This document shows, piece after piece, positions 39,322 through 52,178 of a stretch of 64,000 nucleotides of DNA; positions within the stretch are counted from its first letter, which is position 1, and each line of letters starts with the position of its first letter. The position numbers and the translations under genes are program-made. This DNA is from Callorhinchus milii (lineage: Eukaryota): positions 50,842,001 to 50,906,000 of the forward strand of contig NW_024704742.1 of the NCBI RefSeq assembly GCF_018977255.1, written 5' to 3'. The notes under the pieces are model-generated. The model was not told the origin of the DNA. It saw nothing but the letters and a program-made list of their open reading frames with translations, and did not search any database.

Positions 39322-42231
39322 CAGGGGTGGGCAATTATTTTGGCTGGTGGGTCACTTCATGAGTTTTAGTAAGCTTCGCGGGACACACTCTTAATACAGA
39401 TGCAAATGCTTAATAATAGCTCAAAATTAAGTCTTACACTTGTACATGCATAAAATAAAGTCTATATAATCGACATTCATTAAAATTAGGTTAAATAAAA
39501 ACAACTCATTGAGCAGACATTTATTCACATATTGATGAGAATGTGAGAAGCTCACTCAATGGGAAGAATGAAAGTGCTGATGTGCGTTAACCAGACAATT
39601 GAAGTCAGGCATCGTCTCCATTGTTGCAATGCGGAGTACTGCTGTAAGGTGGTCAGCAGTCATCACAGATCTATGTTTTGATTTATTGAATTTCATCACA
39701 GAAAATGTCTCCTCACATCTGTATGTTGATGCAAACAGCACAAGCATCCTCCGGGCATGAGCCTTTATTTTTGAAAAGGTATATTCATTAAGAGAGGCGT
39801 AAAAACTGGGAAGTGGCATTGATTTGAATTGCTCCGCAAGCAATGGATCACATTGCAGGTCAATAAGCTCGAGGTTGGAGGTCAAATGGGGCTTTGTCAA
39901 CATCAAATGAGAAAGATGAAGAGACCAAAGACAAGTCATTTTTGATCAAATTGAAATCCTGGAATTGGCGAGAAAATTCAGCATGTAAGTCAAGTAGTGA
40001 CGAAGTATACTTTTTAAAGCTTTGATCGTAAACAGTAATCTGCTGCAAAGTTGGAAAGTGGGCAAACAGCCTGCTTCCTATCTGACACGATAAAATAAAT
40101 AATTTTGTCATAAATGACTTGGCACTGCAATCCAAATTGTGCACAAAGGCCCCTTTCCATTGCAGTTTTAAATTCAGTTCATTCATGTGGCCCATGATAT
40201 CAACGGTAAGTGCAAAATCAGAGAGCCAATTTGCATCATTCAGCTGTGGGAAATCCGAATCATTTTGCTTCACGCCCCAAAATAAATCAATCTCTGTTCT
40301 TGCCCTGCTTGTCAGCCTTCCCAACTCCTCCCTCCACAGGCTGCAGATAATCCAGAACTCTGCAGCCCGTGTCTTCTCCCGCACCAAACACTGTGACCCC
40401 ATCTCCCCCATTCTTGCCTGAGTCCATTGGCTCCCTATCCTTCAGAGGATCCATTATCAAAATCCTGGTCCTTGCCTACAAAGTCCTCAATGGTCTCGCC
40501 CCACCCTATCTCTGTGACCGCCTAACCCCCTACCAACCCACCCGCTCCCTCCGCTCAGCCGGCTCCGACTTGTTCCACATCGCCCAACCCACCCACCCCA
40601 CCATTGGCAGGAGAGCCTTCAGTCACTCTACCCCCAACCTCTGAAATTCCATCCCACAATCACTCTACCTTGCCCCCTCCTTAGTCCCGCATCAAAACCC
40701 TCCTCTTCGACCATGCCATTGGTCACCCCCTTTCCCCTCCCCTCACTTCTCCCCCCCCAAGCCCAGCTCGGGTCTGAAATGCTGTACACTTTCCAGCGCC
40801 TTGGGACGTGCTCCTCTACAAATGTAATCTTGCTGTTGTTGTTCTAGTTCCCACGCTCTTTTCAAGACCGTTCCTAAACTAAGCCATCTTACAGTCGTGT
40901 GATACAGAACATCTGTGTGCTCGGATTCCAATTCCTCAAGCAGAGTTACAAATTGCCTGAGGTTTAATCCTCTTGCTCGAATGTAGTTGACCACTTTCGT
41001 AACTGTGTCCATGACATTGCTTAGTTTTAGAACACTCTTACAGAGGACCTCTTGGTGAATAATGCAGTGTAGAAAAACAATATTCTGTCCTGGATTTGTT
41101 TCTTTGACTTGATCTTGAATTCTTTTCAGTAACCCAACATTTTTGCCTGTCAGATTTGGGCTTCCATCGGTGGTCACATTCACCAATTTTTTCCTCTGCA
41201 CTGCTAATTTTAAGATACACTTATTTACTGCCTTCAAAAGGTCTTCTCCAGTTATCTTATCTTTGAATGACTACATTGATGCCAGTTCTTCTGCGAGTTC
41301 AAAATGTTTGGAAATACCTTGAATAAAAATTATCAACTGGGCTGCGTCTTTGATATCACAACTCTCATCGAGTGCCAGTGAAAAATGTGAAAAATTGCTT
41401 ACTTTATTTTGTAACTGCAGATACAGGTTCTCAGAGATATCCTTGACACATCTCACAATAGTTCGCCTTGACAAGCTAATGTTCTCGAACTGTTTTTTTT
41501 TCTTGTCTGGGCATCGAGGCAGAGTCAACCATACATTCCTTTATAAATTCTCCTTCAGAGAATGGTTTGCAGTTCTTGGCGATTTTGTGTGCAATCACAT
41601 AACTCACTCTTGTAATCTCATCCTGGGACGCAAATTGTTTTGTGACAATGCTTTGTTCTTTCTGCATTCGAACAACCATCTCAAGCGTTATATCAAATGC
41701 AAGGATTATTATTATCAGCTTTCTTTGCTTTTTCTTCAGCAGAAATGTTCTTATATTTGCAAGCATGTTTGCTCTCAAAATGGCAATTCAGGTTGTAGTC
41801 TTTGTGCACTGTCACGCTTTCTTTGCAAATTAAGCACACAGCTTTTCCACCCACACTGGTTAAAAAAAATTAGAAGTCTATTCTAGGTTAAATATTTCGG
41901 CCTTCAGCATCCACTTTCCGCTTCTTTGATGAACTCATTTCGAATTAACGTCCTCTTCAGTGAAAAATATTGTCGCGGTTGCCACACGTGTTTGAAAATT
42001 TGCTGATCCGTACATTTCTGGCGTCAGTCTGATTCAACACTTAAGGGAGCGTGCGCACAACTAAGCAGTGTGATTGGCTGATGTTCCCAGTCTGATTCAA
42101 ATACAAAATTTGTGCGACTTTCTGGGACTGAACAAACTATAATTTTTTCTATTGCTAGACACAATGACGGGCTGGATAGAATCATTTGGTGGGCTGGATA
42201 TGACTCGCGGGCCGTATTTTGCCCACCCCTG
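39322..42231 (-). mobile_element. hAT DNA transposon (Buster/Charlie/SPIN-like, GTF2IRD2-type transposase) with both ends and a decayed ORF
   Basis: 13-bp TIRs CAGGGGTGGGCAA at both ends; 8-bp TSD ctctaagg/ctctaaga with central TA; transposase fragments from MSSSKKRKVDAEGR (ATG 41938) through FSLALDESCD, TTDGSPN, HCIIH, VRWLS, ASTYRCEETFS to the stop at 39556. Confidence 0.93.
40301..40845 (+). mobile_element. L2 fragment inserted into the hAT transposase
   Basis: Splits transposase WEL/TEIDLF; tgttct duplicated at 40295-40300 and 40840-40845. Confidence 0.88.
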
Positions 42232-43222
42232 CTCTAAGACGACGTGCTTGGCAATGCTACTTTGGCATCGAGTGAACTTTGTGATGGTCTCGATAGTCTG
42301 GTTCTTGAGCCACACAGATTCTCAGTGCTCCATAGCACTGCTGAAAACAGCTCAGCTTAGCCAGCCTGGCTATCGGCAAGAATTGGAGGAGCAGCCAGTC
42401 ACTGAGAACAAGGATTCTTCCCACAGTAATTTTTGTATTGCATTAACCCTGCAAGTCAAAGCCCTAACAGGTAGGGTGGTGCCGTTGAACAAGGTTGCCA
42501 GATAGTGCTCTCAACAGCATGTCATACAATTATAACGGGTTAAACTTCAGCAGTATCCCAAAGCATATTCCCCAAGAGTTGGCTCTTGCTAACCTTGAGT
42601 GTTCAAACCAGACAGAAGTCCACATTTGCATATTGTTTATGTATGGAAATATCTCTGGTCTGGAATCAATGTAGTCGAAACGCTCGTCCACGCCTTCATC
42701 ACTTTTCCAATGCCCTCCTCACTGGTCTCCCCAGCTCCAATATTCACAAAATTCAATCAATCCAAAACTCACCCGCACAAACCTCCGTACCTCTATCACA
42801 CTCAGGCTCCACTGGCTCCCAATCACCGAAAGGATCGATTTCAAGATCCTTTCACTCGTTTTCAAATCCCTTCATGTACTCACACCTCCCTACCTCTCTG
42901 ATCTGCTTAATCCCCCACTCTCCCACCCACTGCCTCCCTCGGCTGCCTCTGGCCTTCTGGTTGTCCCTCCACCCCTCCGCTCCACCATCAGTGGAGGGAG
43001 GAAGAAATGAAACAAATGCTCATTTTTCTAATAGTTATGTGACCAGCTATAAAGCAAAACTATTTTTATTCCTGAACAAATAGTATAATTAGCCTGCAAA
43101 ATATGGTCACTACACTTTACAGTAAATCCCGTGAAGCACTTTGAGATGTCTTCCCAATGAGAAAGGAGCTGTATCAAGTGCAAGGATTTTATTATTCTAA
43201 TTCTTTCTTGTTTACCTTCCAG

Positions 43223-43479
43223 GTGCCATCTTTTCTTTACCCTGCCCGACCTCCACTCAGAAGGCCTTATGTCGGATTATTAATGTAACCAACAGAGAAG
43301 CCAATCACGTCCACAGCATCTCCAACACATTAAATGGAACACACACAGGATCAGAAAACAATTCAGTTTGTATATTGGTTTGTTCCTAGCAGTCATTTCC
43401 AGTCTCTTCATTGGATGCAGCTTTATATTTAAGAAGAAAGGCCTCTTGAGATTGTCAGAAAAAGGGATTACCAGAGCTG
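43223..43479 (+). CDS. NIPAL1: NIPAL1 coding exon 2, with an apparent 1-nt deletion near 43360
   Basis: ttccag|[30 protein letters not shown]...GSEN, then in a shifted frame [40 protein letters not shown]|gtaagg; 257 nt where a phase 1-1 exon needs a multiple of 3. Confidence 0.9.
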
Positions 43480-46466
43480 GTAAGGGTTCCTTCTATGTTC
43501 GAAATGACAGTGTGTAAGTTTAACGAGGTGTAATTGTTCAGGCATAATCTACCTGAAATATAGCTCTTTGAAAAAGAAATTAGTTGACAGTAAATCACTT
43601 GGATGTTAGTCAAGTGTTCCTCAGTATTTTTTTGGTGCACTGCAAGATGTAAAATGTGACCAATGTAATTAACTTTCCTTTTGAAGTGTTTGCATGCCTG
43701 ATGCTCTGAAGCGTTGTGAAAAATAAAAACACTTTACTGAGTGCAATAGGTTCGTGACCATAAAGTGCAGTTTAGATTATTCACATGATTTTGCTGTGTT
43801 GCACTGAACATGCAAATCGAGCTGTATTTGCCTATATTGGTCATTAAGGCCTACAGAAGTCACAAAAACAAACTAGACCCACGGCAGTTCGGAACAAGAC
43901 CTGACTTTTTGGCACTTAGTCCACTCCATGTACAGAGGAAAGTTTCCACAGTGAGAGGAGGATGAGAGGGGATGCTGAGGGCTAGGGGCACAGTCCTCAT
44001 TCCTAGCATTTCCCAACCTCTCCACCTGCTCACACCACCACTATTTGGCCAACTTTGCCTATCTATGGTCATTTCCCCTTTCTCCCCTTTGCCTTGGTGT
44101 CAAACTCCGCCATTGTTCAACGCTCCGAGACCTTACCCAGCATGAAGGGTGCAAAATAAATGCAAGTTGTCAGTGTTGAAGAGCTTTCCATAACTGACAC
44201 TTCATTCCATTGTTATGTAAGCCTTCTTGACCATGTGATAATGTGCTATATTAAATGCAAGGATTATTTATTGCCCTTTTGTAAATTCCTTCAATATTTT
44301 TTGTACTGAACTGTAATTTTACACCCAGCTAAAAGTAGATCCCACTTGATATTAACTAATCTGTCAGAAGTAAGTAGTAGACAAAGAAAATAACTTGAAT
44401 TTATAATAATAATAATCCTTGCATTTGATACAGCACTTTTTACCTCTTCTCGACGTCTCAAAGAATAGACTGTAAAGTGAATTGACTGTATATTTGTGGG
44501 CAAAACGCAGTAGCCAATTGTGCACAGCAGTGTCCCTCAAACAGTCGTGGATTGAAAATGCCCAATTTATTATTGTTTTTGTTTTTGGAGGGATTAATAT
44601 CAGGCGTGTGGAATAAGGAAACTTGCCCAAGGTTTCGCCCTGCCTGACTATTATACAACAATAGTCTGATGAATACAAATGCTATTGTTAAACTCTGGAA
44701 TGCTCTGCCTCAATCCTTCCGCATTGCCCTGTTTTACCCGAATTCAAAATACACCAGAAAACCATCCTCTGCGACTGTGCTTTCTGTTTCATTCGCGCAA
44801 TAATCACATCTAGGCTCGACTACGCCAACTCCCTCCTTGTCGGCCTTCCCAACTCTTCCCGCCACAAGCTGCAGATTATCCAGAACTCTGCAGCACATGT
44901 CCTCTCCCACACCAGGCTCCATGATCCCATCACCCTCACCCTCGCCCTGCTCTACTGGCTCACCATCCCCCAGAGGATAGAGTTCAAAATCCTCGTCCTC
45001 GCCTTCAAGGCTCTCCACGTCCTTGCCCCTCCCTACATTTGGGACCTGCTGACCCCATATCAACCTCTTTGTCTCTTTCATTCAGCAGGCTCTGGCCTGC
45101 TCCATGTACCCAGCCCACTCCACCATCGGCAGCTGGGCCTTTAACCTTTCTGCCCCCACCCTATGGAACTCCACCCCATCCTATTATCTTCTCAATTCAG
45201 CCAGTAATTTGCTCTGTAAAGGTTGGGTAGGACCCAGGAACAGAGGGAGACAGAGACAGTAAATTTCCTTTTTATAATTCTATTTATTCCTTTAACATGC
45301 ATGTTAGTCATTAATATCCTTCAACTACATTTGCTATGTAATAGATAAAATACACGATCTGTCTCGTGTTGACATCTGTTTTGTAGGAGGTGAGGCAGCC
45401 AGCACCCATCTTGACTGTATGGTTATGCAATCACCTCTTCCTTGCTTACCTTGTTGTTTATTACTATATGCCTGTACAATTCATTGCTTTATTTGGAAAT
45501 CATATGAAAAAGCTGAATACAAGTAGTCTATTCTTCAAATCACAAGTTACTGTTTTGGGCATCTGGTATGACTTCAATATCCCAACAGTGTCACTATTCA
45601 GTTCCTCATTTAATTTCAGACTAACAAGCAATTCATTTTGCATACAACATTAGATTTAACAACAGCATTTATAATTATCACAACACTGTTGTATAAATGC
45701 AAACTATTGCCTTTGTCTACTATTTACACATGAGTCATGACAGATCAGTCAATATCAAGTAACATATGCTTTTATTTAGGTGTAGCATTACAGATCAGTA
45801 CAAAAAATGTATCATCATATGTTAAATTGCTCTTTTGGAGCACTTTCTAAGTACTTCCTGTATTTATCCTCCTTAGTTTTTTTTTCTTGGTCAACCAGGA
45901 GCCTGACACATGTAGAAACCTATCACCATGCTAAAGAGAATTCAAACTAAACTGAGATTTCCATGCATCCCACCTATACATGGAAATTTGTATTGCTATA
46001 TAAAAAAAATATATAATTATATTGCTTGCGCCACAAAAGGGAAACATCAGAAACATAATCCAACAATGGAGATGGATTACTTGTGTTCTGTGCCACTACT
46101 GATTGCACATTGGGAGTAAACTCTTCACCAGTTTGCATTCTGTCCAGTTCAGCTGAATGCCAAGGATTTCAAGGTCAAAAACAGTGTAATGCTTTGTTTT
46201 CTGTAAATACAAACCTGTATGTTTTGTATAACTGAAGATCTGTAGCGCAACCTTGAGTATTTGTGAACCATATAACATGACTTCAGTAACTCAGCCAAAC
46301 TCCCTTCATCGATTCCTAGTGAGCACAGGTGGTTTCTCTGTCTGGCTTTCTGCCAGGAAACACTATGCAAATTTGTATTGAAGCTATTAAAATGTTGATA
46401 ATGTTTAGAAAAATATTTCTTTGACAATTAGTAAATATAATTCTTAAATACAGCTTTAATTTTGAA

Positions 46467-46571
46467 ACAAAAACAGAAGTCGCTGGGAACACTCAGCAGG
46501 TCAGGCAGTATCTATGGAGAAAGGAAAGTGAGTCAACGTTTCGGTTCCACAACCCTTCATCAGAATTGAAC
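46467..46571 (-). mobile_element. Penelope-like terminus with an intact hammerhead core
   Basis: 10-bp TSD taattttgaa at 46457-46466 and 46572-46581; minus strand CTGATGA-AGGGTTGTGGAACC-GAAAC-GTT. Confidence 0.7.
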
Positions 46572-46974
46572 TAATTTTGAAGCCGTTTTTCTGTCATTTT
46601 CTTTTAAAGGCTACAGGAAACCAGCTTCAAAGTTGAGACTGAATTCAATAATTTGCCACATTCTGGACCTCTATGTTAATAATAGATATCATATCCATCA
46701 TATGAAACAATTAAATCATACACAGGGATACGGCACCGAAACAGGCTATTTGGCCCAAATAATCAGTGCTGGTATTATACTCCACACGAGCCTCCATTCT
46801 CCTATTCCCCGTTTCCTCATGTATGCATTAAGTTTCCTCTTAAATACATTGGTGTGTTTTTCTTCAACCACAGCTTCTGGAGGTTATTGGCCTTTGTTGC
46901 CCCACTGACATCAGCTCCAAATTGGCCCTGACGCTGAATCCATCAAATGAATTGACTTCTGTTTATCTTTACAG

Positions 46975-47031
46975 GTCAAGGAGGGTATGCATACCTCAAA
47001 GAGTGGCTGTGGTGGACAGGTTTGATCTTTA
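46975..47031 (+). CDS. NIPAL1: NIPAL1 coding exon 3 (57 nt)
   Basis: ttacag| GQGGYAYLKEWLWWTGLIF A|gtaagt. Confidence 0.95.
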
Positions 47032-47682
47032 GTAAGTGATGTTTTTAATTAAAATAATAGTGACCAAAGGCAAGAATTAGTTAACATGAAGATCATTTTC
47101 TTTTAAAGTTCATTTAATTAAATTGAAACCTCCTTAGCACATCTCGGCCTTAGGCTTCGAGTTCTGCACATTCCGTTGTATGTCTTCACACATGTATTTA
47201 TTGCTCAGATACCTACCTTACCTTTAAGTGCCTCCATGGTCTTGCTCCATTCCTTATCTTTGTGATTTCCTGCAATCCTACTCCACTGGCCACATCCTGT
47301 GCACAGGTACATTTGGCTTGTTTTAGGGCCCACTATATATTTATATGAATGCAATTTGTTATTGATCCACCCTGCCATTGACAGAGAAGCTTTCAGCTAC
47401 TTTTCCAAAATTCTTCTGTTAACAAAAGCTATCTGAAAACCCTTTTTGACTGCACTTTGACCACCTTCCTCCTACCACCTCCATCTTCCTCCCAACTCAG
47501 GCTAACACTTTCTTTGTAAAGTGCTTTGAGATGTTCTTCCTACATGAAAGGTGCTGTGTAGGTGCAAATTGCTATCGTTGTTGAAGATTGTTAGTTTCAT
47601 TTTAAAAACACACAGGTTGAGAAGACTAAAGCTATCGAAAACAGCTTTGATAGTTTGCATTGACTTCAGATACTGAGACTGA

Positions 47683-47865
<183 letters not shown>

Positions 47866-48619
47866 TAATTGCATGTATTTTGAACATGTATTTTTTTTCA
47901 AAACTTTCAATTTCAATCCTTGTCCTTTTACATACTAGGAAAGCACTCTATTTACTTGGCATATAGGGAGCAATCAAACACTCAATTTTGATCTTTAAAG
48001 AATAAATTAGAACATAAATTTTTATTCAAACTCTCAATAGAATTCGATTCTTTGATTCAACAAGTTCACCAATTATTTAAAAAAAGTGTAATGCTGTGAT
48101 GGCAGGAGTACAGCAGGGAGGGTATTCTGGAAAGGTCAAATGTCATTTTCAATGAATAATAATAATAATCATTGCATTTGATATAGCGCCTTTATATCAT
48201 GTCTCAAAGGGCTTCACAGAATATACTGTAAAGTAAATTGACTATATATTTTGTGGGTGAAATGCAGCAGCCTGTTGGACACAGAAGTGTCCCACAAACA
48301 GTCATGGATTGAGTGACCAAATTTATTATTTTCATTTTTTTTTGGAGGGATTGTTACCCCACCCCCCACCCCCCAAAAGTGATCTACCAATCGACTAACA
48401 ACCGGGTTCCTACTAACTGCTAGGTAAACCTGTGTCCTCTTGCTTGTTAACTCTGGATTTTTATTTGAATAATTTGCCGAAGATCTTTTCGATATAATAA
48501 TTTCATTCTGCAAATACAGTATTTTCTGTGTGTGTAGTGCTAAGAAAATAACATGTTCAAGGCAAAAATTAGAGACTGGATTATTTTATCGATTTTTGTT
48601 CTACTGGCATTTAGATTGA

Positions 48620-49800
48620 ATTGTAAATGGACGTTCCAAGGTGCTGGACAGTGTATAGCATTTCAGACCCGAGCTGGGGTCGGTAGTGGGGAAGGGAGAG
48701 GAAGGGAAGGGGGGTGGCCGATGGCATGGTCGAAGAGGAGGGTCTTGAGGCGGGACTTGAAGGAGGGGTCGAGACGGAATGACTGGGTGATGGTATTCCA
48801 GAGGTTGGGAGCAGAGTGGCTGAAGGCTCTCCCGCCAATGGTGGGGCGGGTGGGTCGGGGGACGTGGAGCAGGCCAGAGCCAGTTGAGCGGAGGGAATGG
48901 GCGGGTTAGTAGGGGGTTTAGAAATTTGCAGAGGTAGGGTGGGGTGAGGCCATGGAGGGCTTTGTATGTGAGTATCAGCATCTTGAACTGGATCCTCTGA
49001 AGGATAGGGAGCCAATGGAGTTGGGCGAGAATGGGGGAGATGGGGTCACGGAGTTTGGTGCGGGAGAGGTCACGGGATGCAGAGTTCTGGATTATCTGCA
49101 GCCTGTGGAGGGAGGAGTTGGGAAGGCTGACAAGCAGGATGTTTGCATAGTCAAATCTGGAGGTGATGAAGGCATGAACAAGAGTTTCAGTGGCCTGAGG
49201 GGTGAGGTATTGGCGGAGTCGGACGATGTTACGGAGGTGAGGGAAGGCAGAGCAGGTTATGGTTTGAATGTGGGGGAGAAAAGACAGTTGACGGTCGAAC
49301 AAGACACCCAGGTTCCTGACTGGTTTGGTGAGTTGTAGTGTGCAACCATGGAGGCTGATGCTGCCAGAGCCTGAGGTGCTGAGGCACTGGCACAAGCCAA
49401 TCAGGAGGGCCTCAGTCTTGTTCACATTCAACTGTAGGAAATTTGCCCTCATCCAGGATTTGATGTCCGACAGACAGTCTGTCAGGACAGCAGTGGTCCT
49501 GGAGTTGAAGGTGGAGGCAGAACGATAGAGTTGGGTGTCATCCGCATACATGTGGAAGTTGACCCCATGTCTGTGGATGATGTCACCAAGGGGAAGCATA
49601 TAGATATTAAAGAGGAGAGGGCCAAGGACAGAGCCCTGGGGGACGCCAGATGTGACAGTGCGGGGGCTGGAGGAGAAACCGTTAGAGGCAACGAAGTGGA
49701 GATTGTGAGAGATAGGAATCGAACCAGGCAAGGGAAGGTCCACGAAGATTGAGTAAAGCGGAGAGGCAGTGTATGAGGATGGAGTGGTCGACAGGATAGG
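48620..49800 (-). mobile_element. L2 LINE, 5'-truncated, with the C-terminal half of RT
   Basis: Encodes [17 protein letters not shown]...HMYADDTQLY...FLQLNVNKTE...LHWLP. Confidence 0.93.
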
Positions 49801-50404
49801 ATTGTACTGGCATTTTTTGGGGGTTAGTCGGATGTCTGATAAAATGCGGAAACCCATCACCATCTTTAAGAGTATCCAAACTAAACTGAGAATTCCAAGC
49901 ATCCCACCTACACATGGAAATTCCAGCGATAGATTGTTGGAATAGAATGCACACTCTTTCTGGAGGGTTGCATCCTGCTTTACCTAATTCCAGAAAGTAT
50001 TAGGCACAGGTCAGCAAGAGGAGTAGGAATTACATGAGAACATTACAGAAGCTCTGTTGAAGTTATTGTTTTATACGCTGGAGAGCCACAAAGCTCCATC
50101 AGGAGCTTTGCTCTGCACCTAAGCCCTTGCACCTGTAGCTAACATTTGGGTGTTGCCCAAGTGCTCTGAAAAGCTACCCTGCGTGGAGGATGCTATATAA
50201 GTGCAAGTTGTTGTTGTTACTGTTGCCAACCAAAGATTTTGTTTGTGGAGTTTTCCATTCCCTGTCATTGATATCCTAAAATTACTGAGCATAAATATTC
50301 ACTCAAAATATAGATTTTTGTATAGAGTTTTAAAAAAGTGCACCTTCAAAGGATGCATCTTATTGAAATGCAGTGCTAACTCTTCCTTTGTACATCACAA
50401 CCAG

Positions 50405-50565
50405 TGCAGTGCTTTCATCATATATCTTAAATGAGCGACTTAATATTCATGGAAAACTGGGCTGTATGCTGAGCATCGTGGGTTCAACAGCAATGGTAAT
50501 CCACGCTCCACAAGAGGAAGAAGTCCAATCCTTGCAGGATATGGAAGAAAAGCTCAAAGATACCG
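50405..50565 (+). CDS. NIPAL1: NIPAL1 coding exon 5 (161 nt)
   Basis: ccag| [54 protein letters not shown]|gtatg. Confidence 0.95.
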
Positions 50566-51528
50566 GTATGTTCCCTTTTATTGTTTATTTTATTTTTTTA
50601 AAGAACAGAAAGTGCAGAATTCTGAAAGGAGATCTCATTTTAGCAAGATTTGCAGAAGGATTTGTGAATGTGAGGTAGGAACAGACGAGGCACATGGCAT
50701 GCTGGGCTATATTGGTAATGAGTTGGGCTCAGATTCTCAGAAGTCCGACTGGAGCTCTATAGCTCTGGCCTCCTGCTTGTTCCTCATCCCCTCTGCTCCA
50801 CCATCGCTGTCTATGGTTTCAGCCACTGAGCCCCAAAGCTTTGGAACTCTTTCCCTCAACTGCTCCGCCCTGCCCCCTCCTTCCCCTCTTTTAGATCATG
50901 ACTCAAGATCTTACTCTTTAACCGTGCTTTCAGTCACCTTCTCTCCTCCCAGCTCGGCGTCAGGCTCTGCTACTGTTGAACGCTCCAAGACACTGCTCCG
51001 TGTGACACCAGACCAGAGCACTGTATATTTTAAAAGGATTACGAAAATAAACTCAGAGGCCAGAACACTGGGCTAATTTTTTTTTGAAAAACAGCTTGAT
51101 GGTATGATAGGAGGACAGTAGGGTAGGTAATCTGGAAGGATGAGATCAAATGGGTTGAAGGATATGAGATGGCTGACATTCTGTAACTCCACTCAGATGA
51201 CAAACCTGAGATTGTGTCTGAACAGAGATTGAGGCTTGGCCTTGAAACATCGAGATTCTCTATTTCCAAATCTTTTTACGAGTCTCCCAAAGAGCACCCA
51301 TGGACTCTTTCCAGAAAGCATTGCTTCTCTTTGCAGGAACAGCCATCAGAATAGTCCTGTGTTTTATTCCACTTTTGTAAAGTACCTTAATTTTAATTGA
51401 TGGACTGCATTCTTGTCTTCATGTAATGCTAATTGGAAATATTCAGCCCAACTTCACAGTATGCTGGCTAGAAGTATTGTTTTTTGAAAATGATAATCTT
51501 ATTTTATTGTATCTTCTCTTTCCTCTAG

Positions 51529-52178
51529 GATTCATCATATTTGCCAGTGTCACAGTTATGGTTATTGTGGTACTGATTTTCTTTGTGGCCCCCAAAATGG
51601 GACACAGCAATATCTTGGTCTATATTTCCATCTGCTCACTGCTTGGGGCCTTTACTGTATCCTCTGTGAAGGGACTAGATATTGTTATTAAAGAACTACT
51701 TGAAAAGAAACCGGTAGCAACCAACCCATTGACTTGGATTCTATTGTTCACCTTGGTGATTTCCACAAGCACTCAAATCAACTACCTAAACAAAGCACTT
51801 GACGTCTTCAACATCTCTATAGTGACCCCTGTTTACTATGTATTTTTCACTAGTGTGGTCATAACTTGCTCTGTAATATTTTTCAAAGAATGGAACAGCA
51901 TGGACATTAAGGACACCATTGGGAATATCAGTGGGTTCTGTACCATAATCATTGGCATCTTTCTACTTCATGCTTTTATGGATGTTGAATTTACCTGGGA
52001 ACAGTTAACATCTCTCATTAAGAAAGATAGAGCACAAATGAATGGATTTGGGCATGATGACCACCAAGTCTTACTGGAGAACATGGGCAGCCCATCAATT
52101 AATTATAATGATGAAGCAAATATATTCTTTAACTCTACCGGAGCAAATATTTTGGATGACGCCAATCTAAGTAAGTAA
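51529..52178 (+). CDS. NIPAL1: NIPAL1 terminal coding exon 6
   Basis: ctctag|GA TTC; FIIFASVTV...NILVYISICSLLGAFTVSSVKGL...QINYLNKALDVFN...VLLENMGSPSINYNDEANIF...stop; C-terminus is NIPAL1-like; an AATAAA lies at 52731. Confidence 0.95.

Noticed and set aside
48601..49902. 433-aa ORF as a novel or domesticated gene
   Set aside because: It is a 5'-truncated L2 RT whose start is borrowed from an adjacent unrelated repeat, with frame drift at both ends
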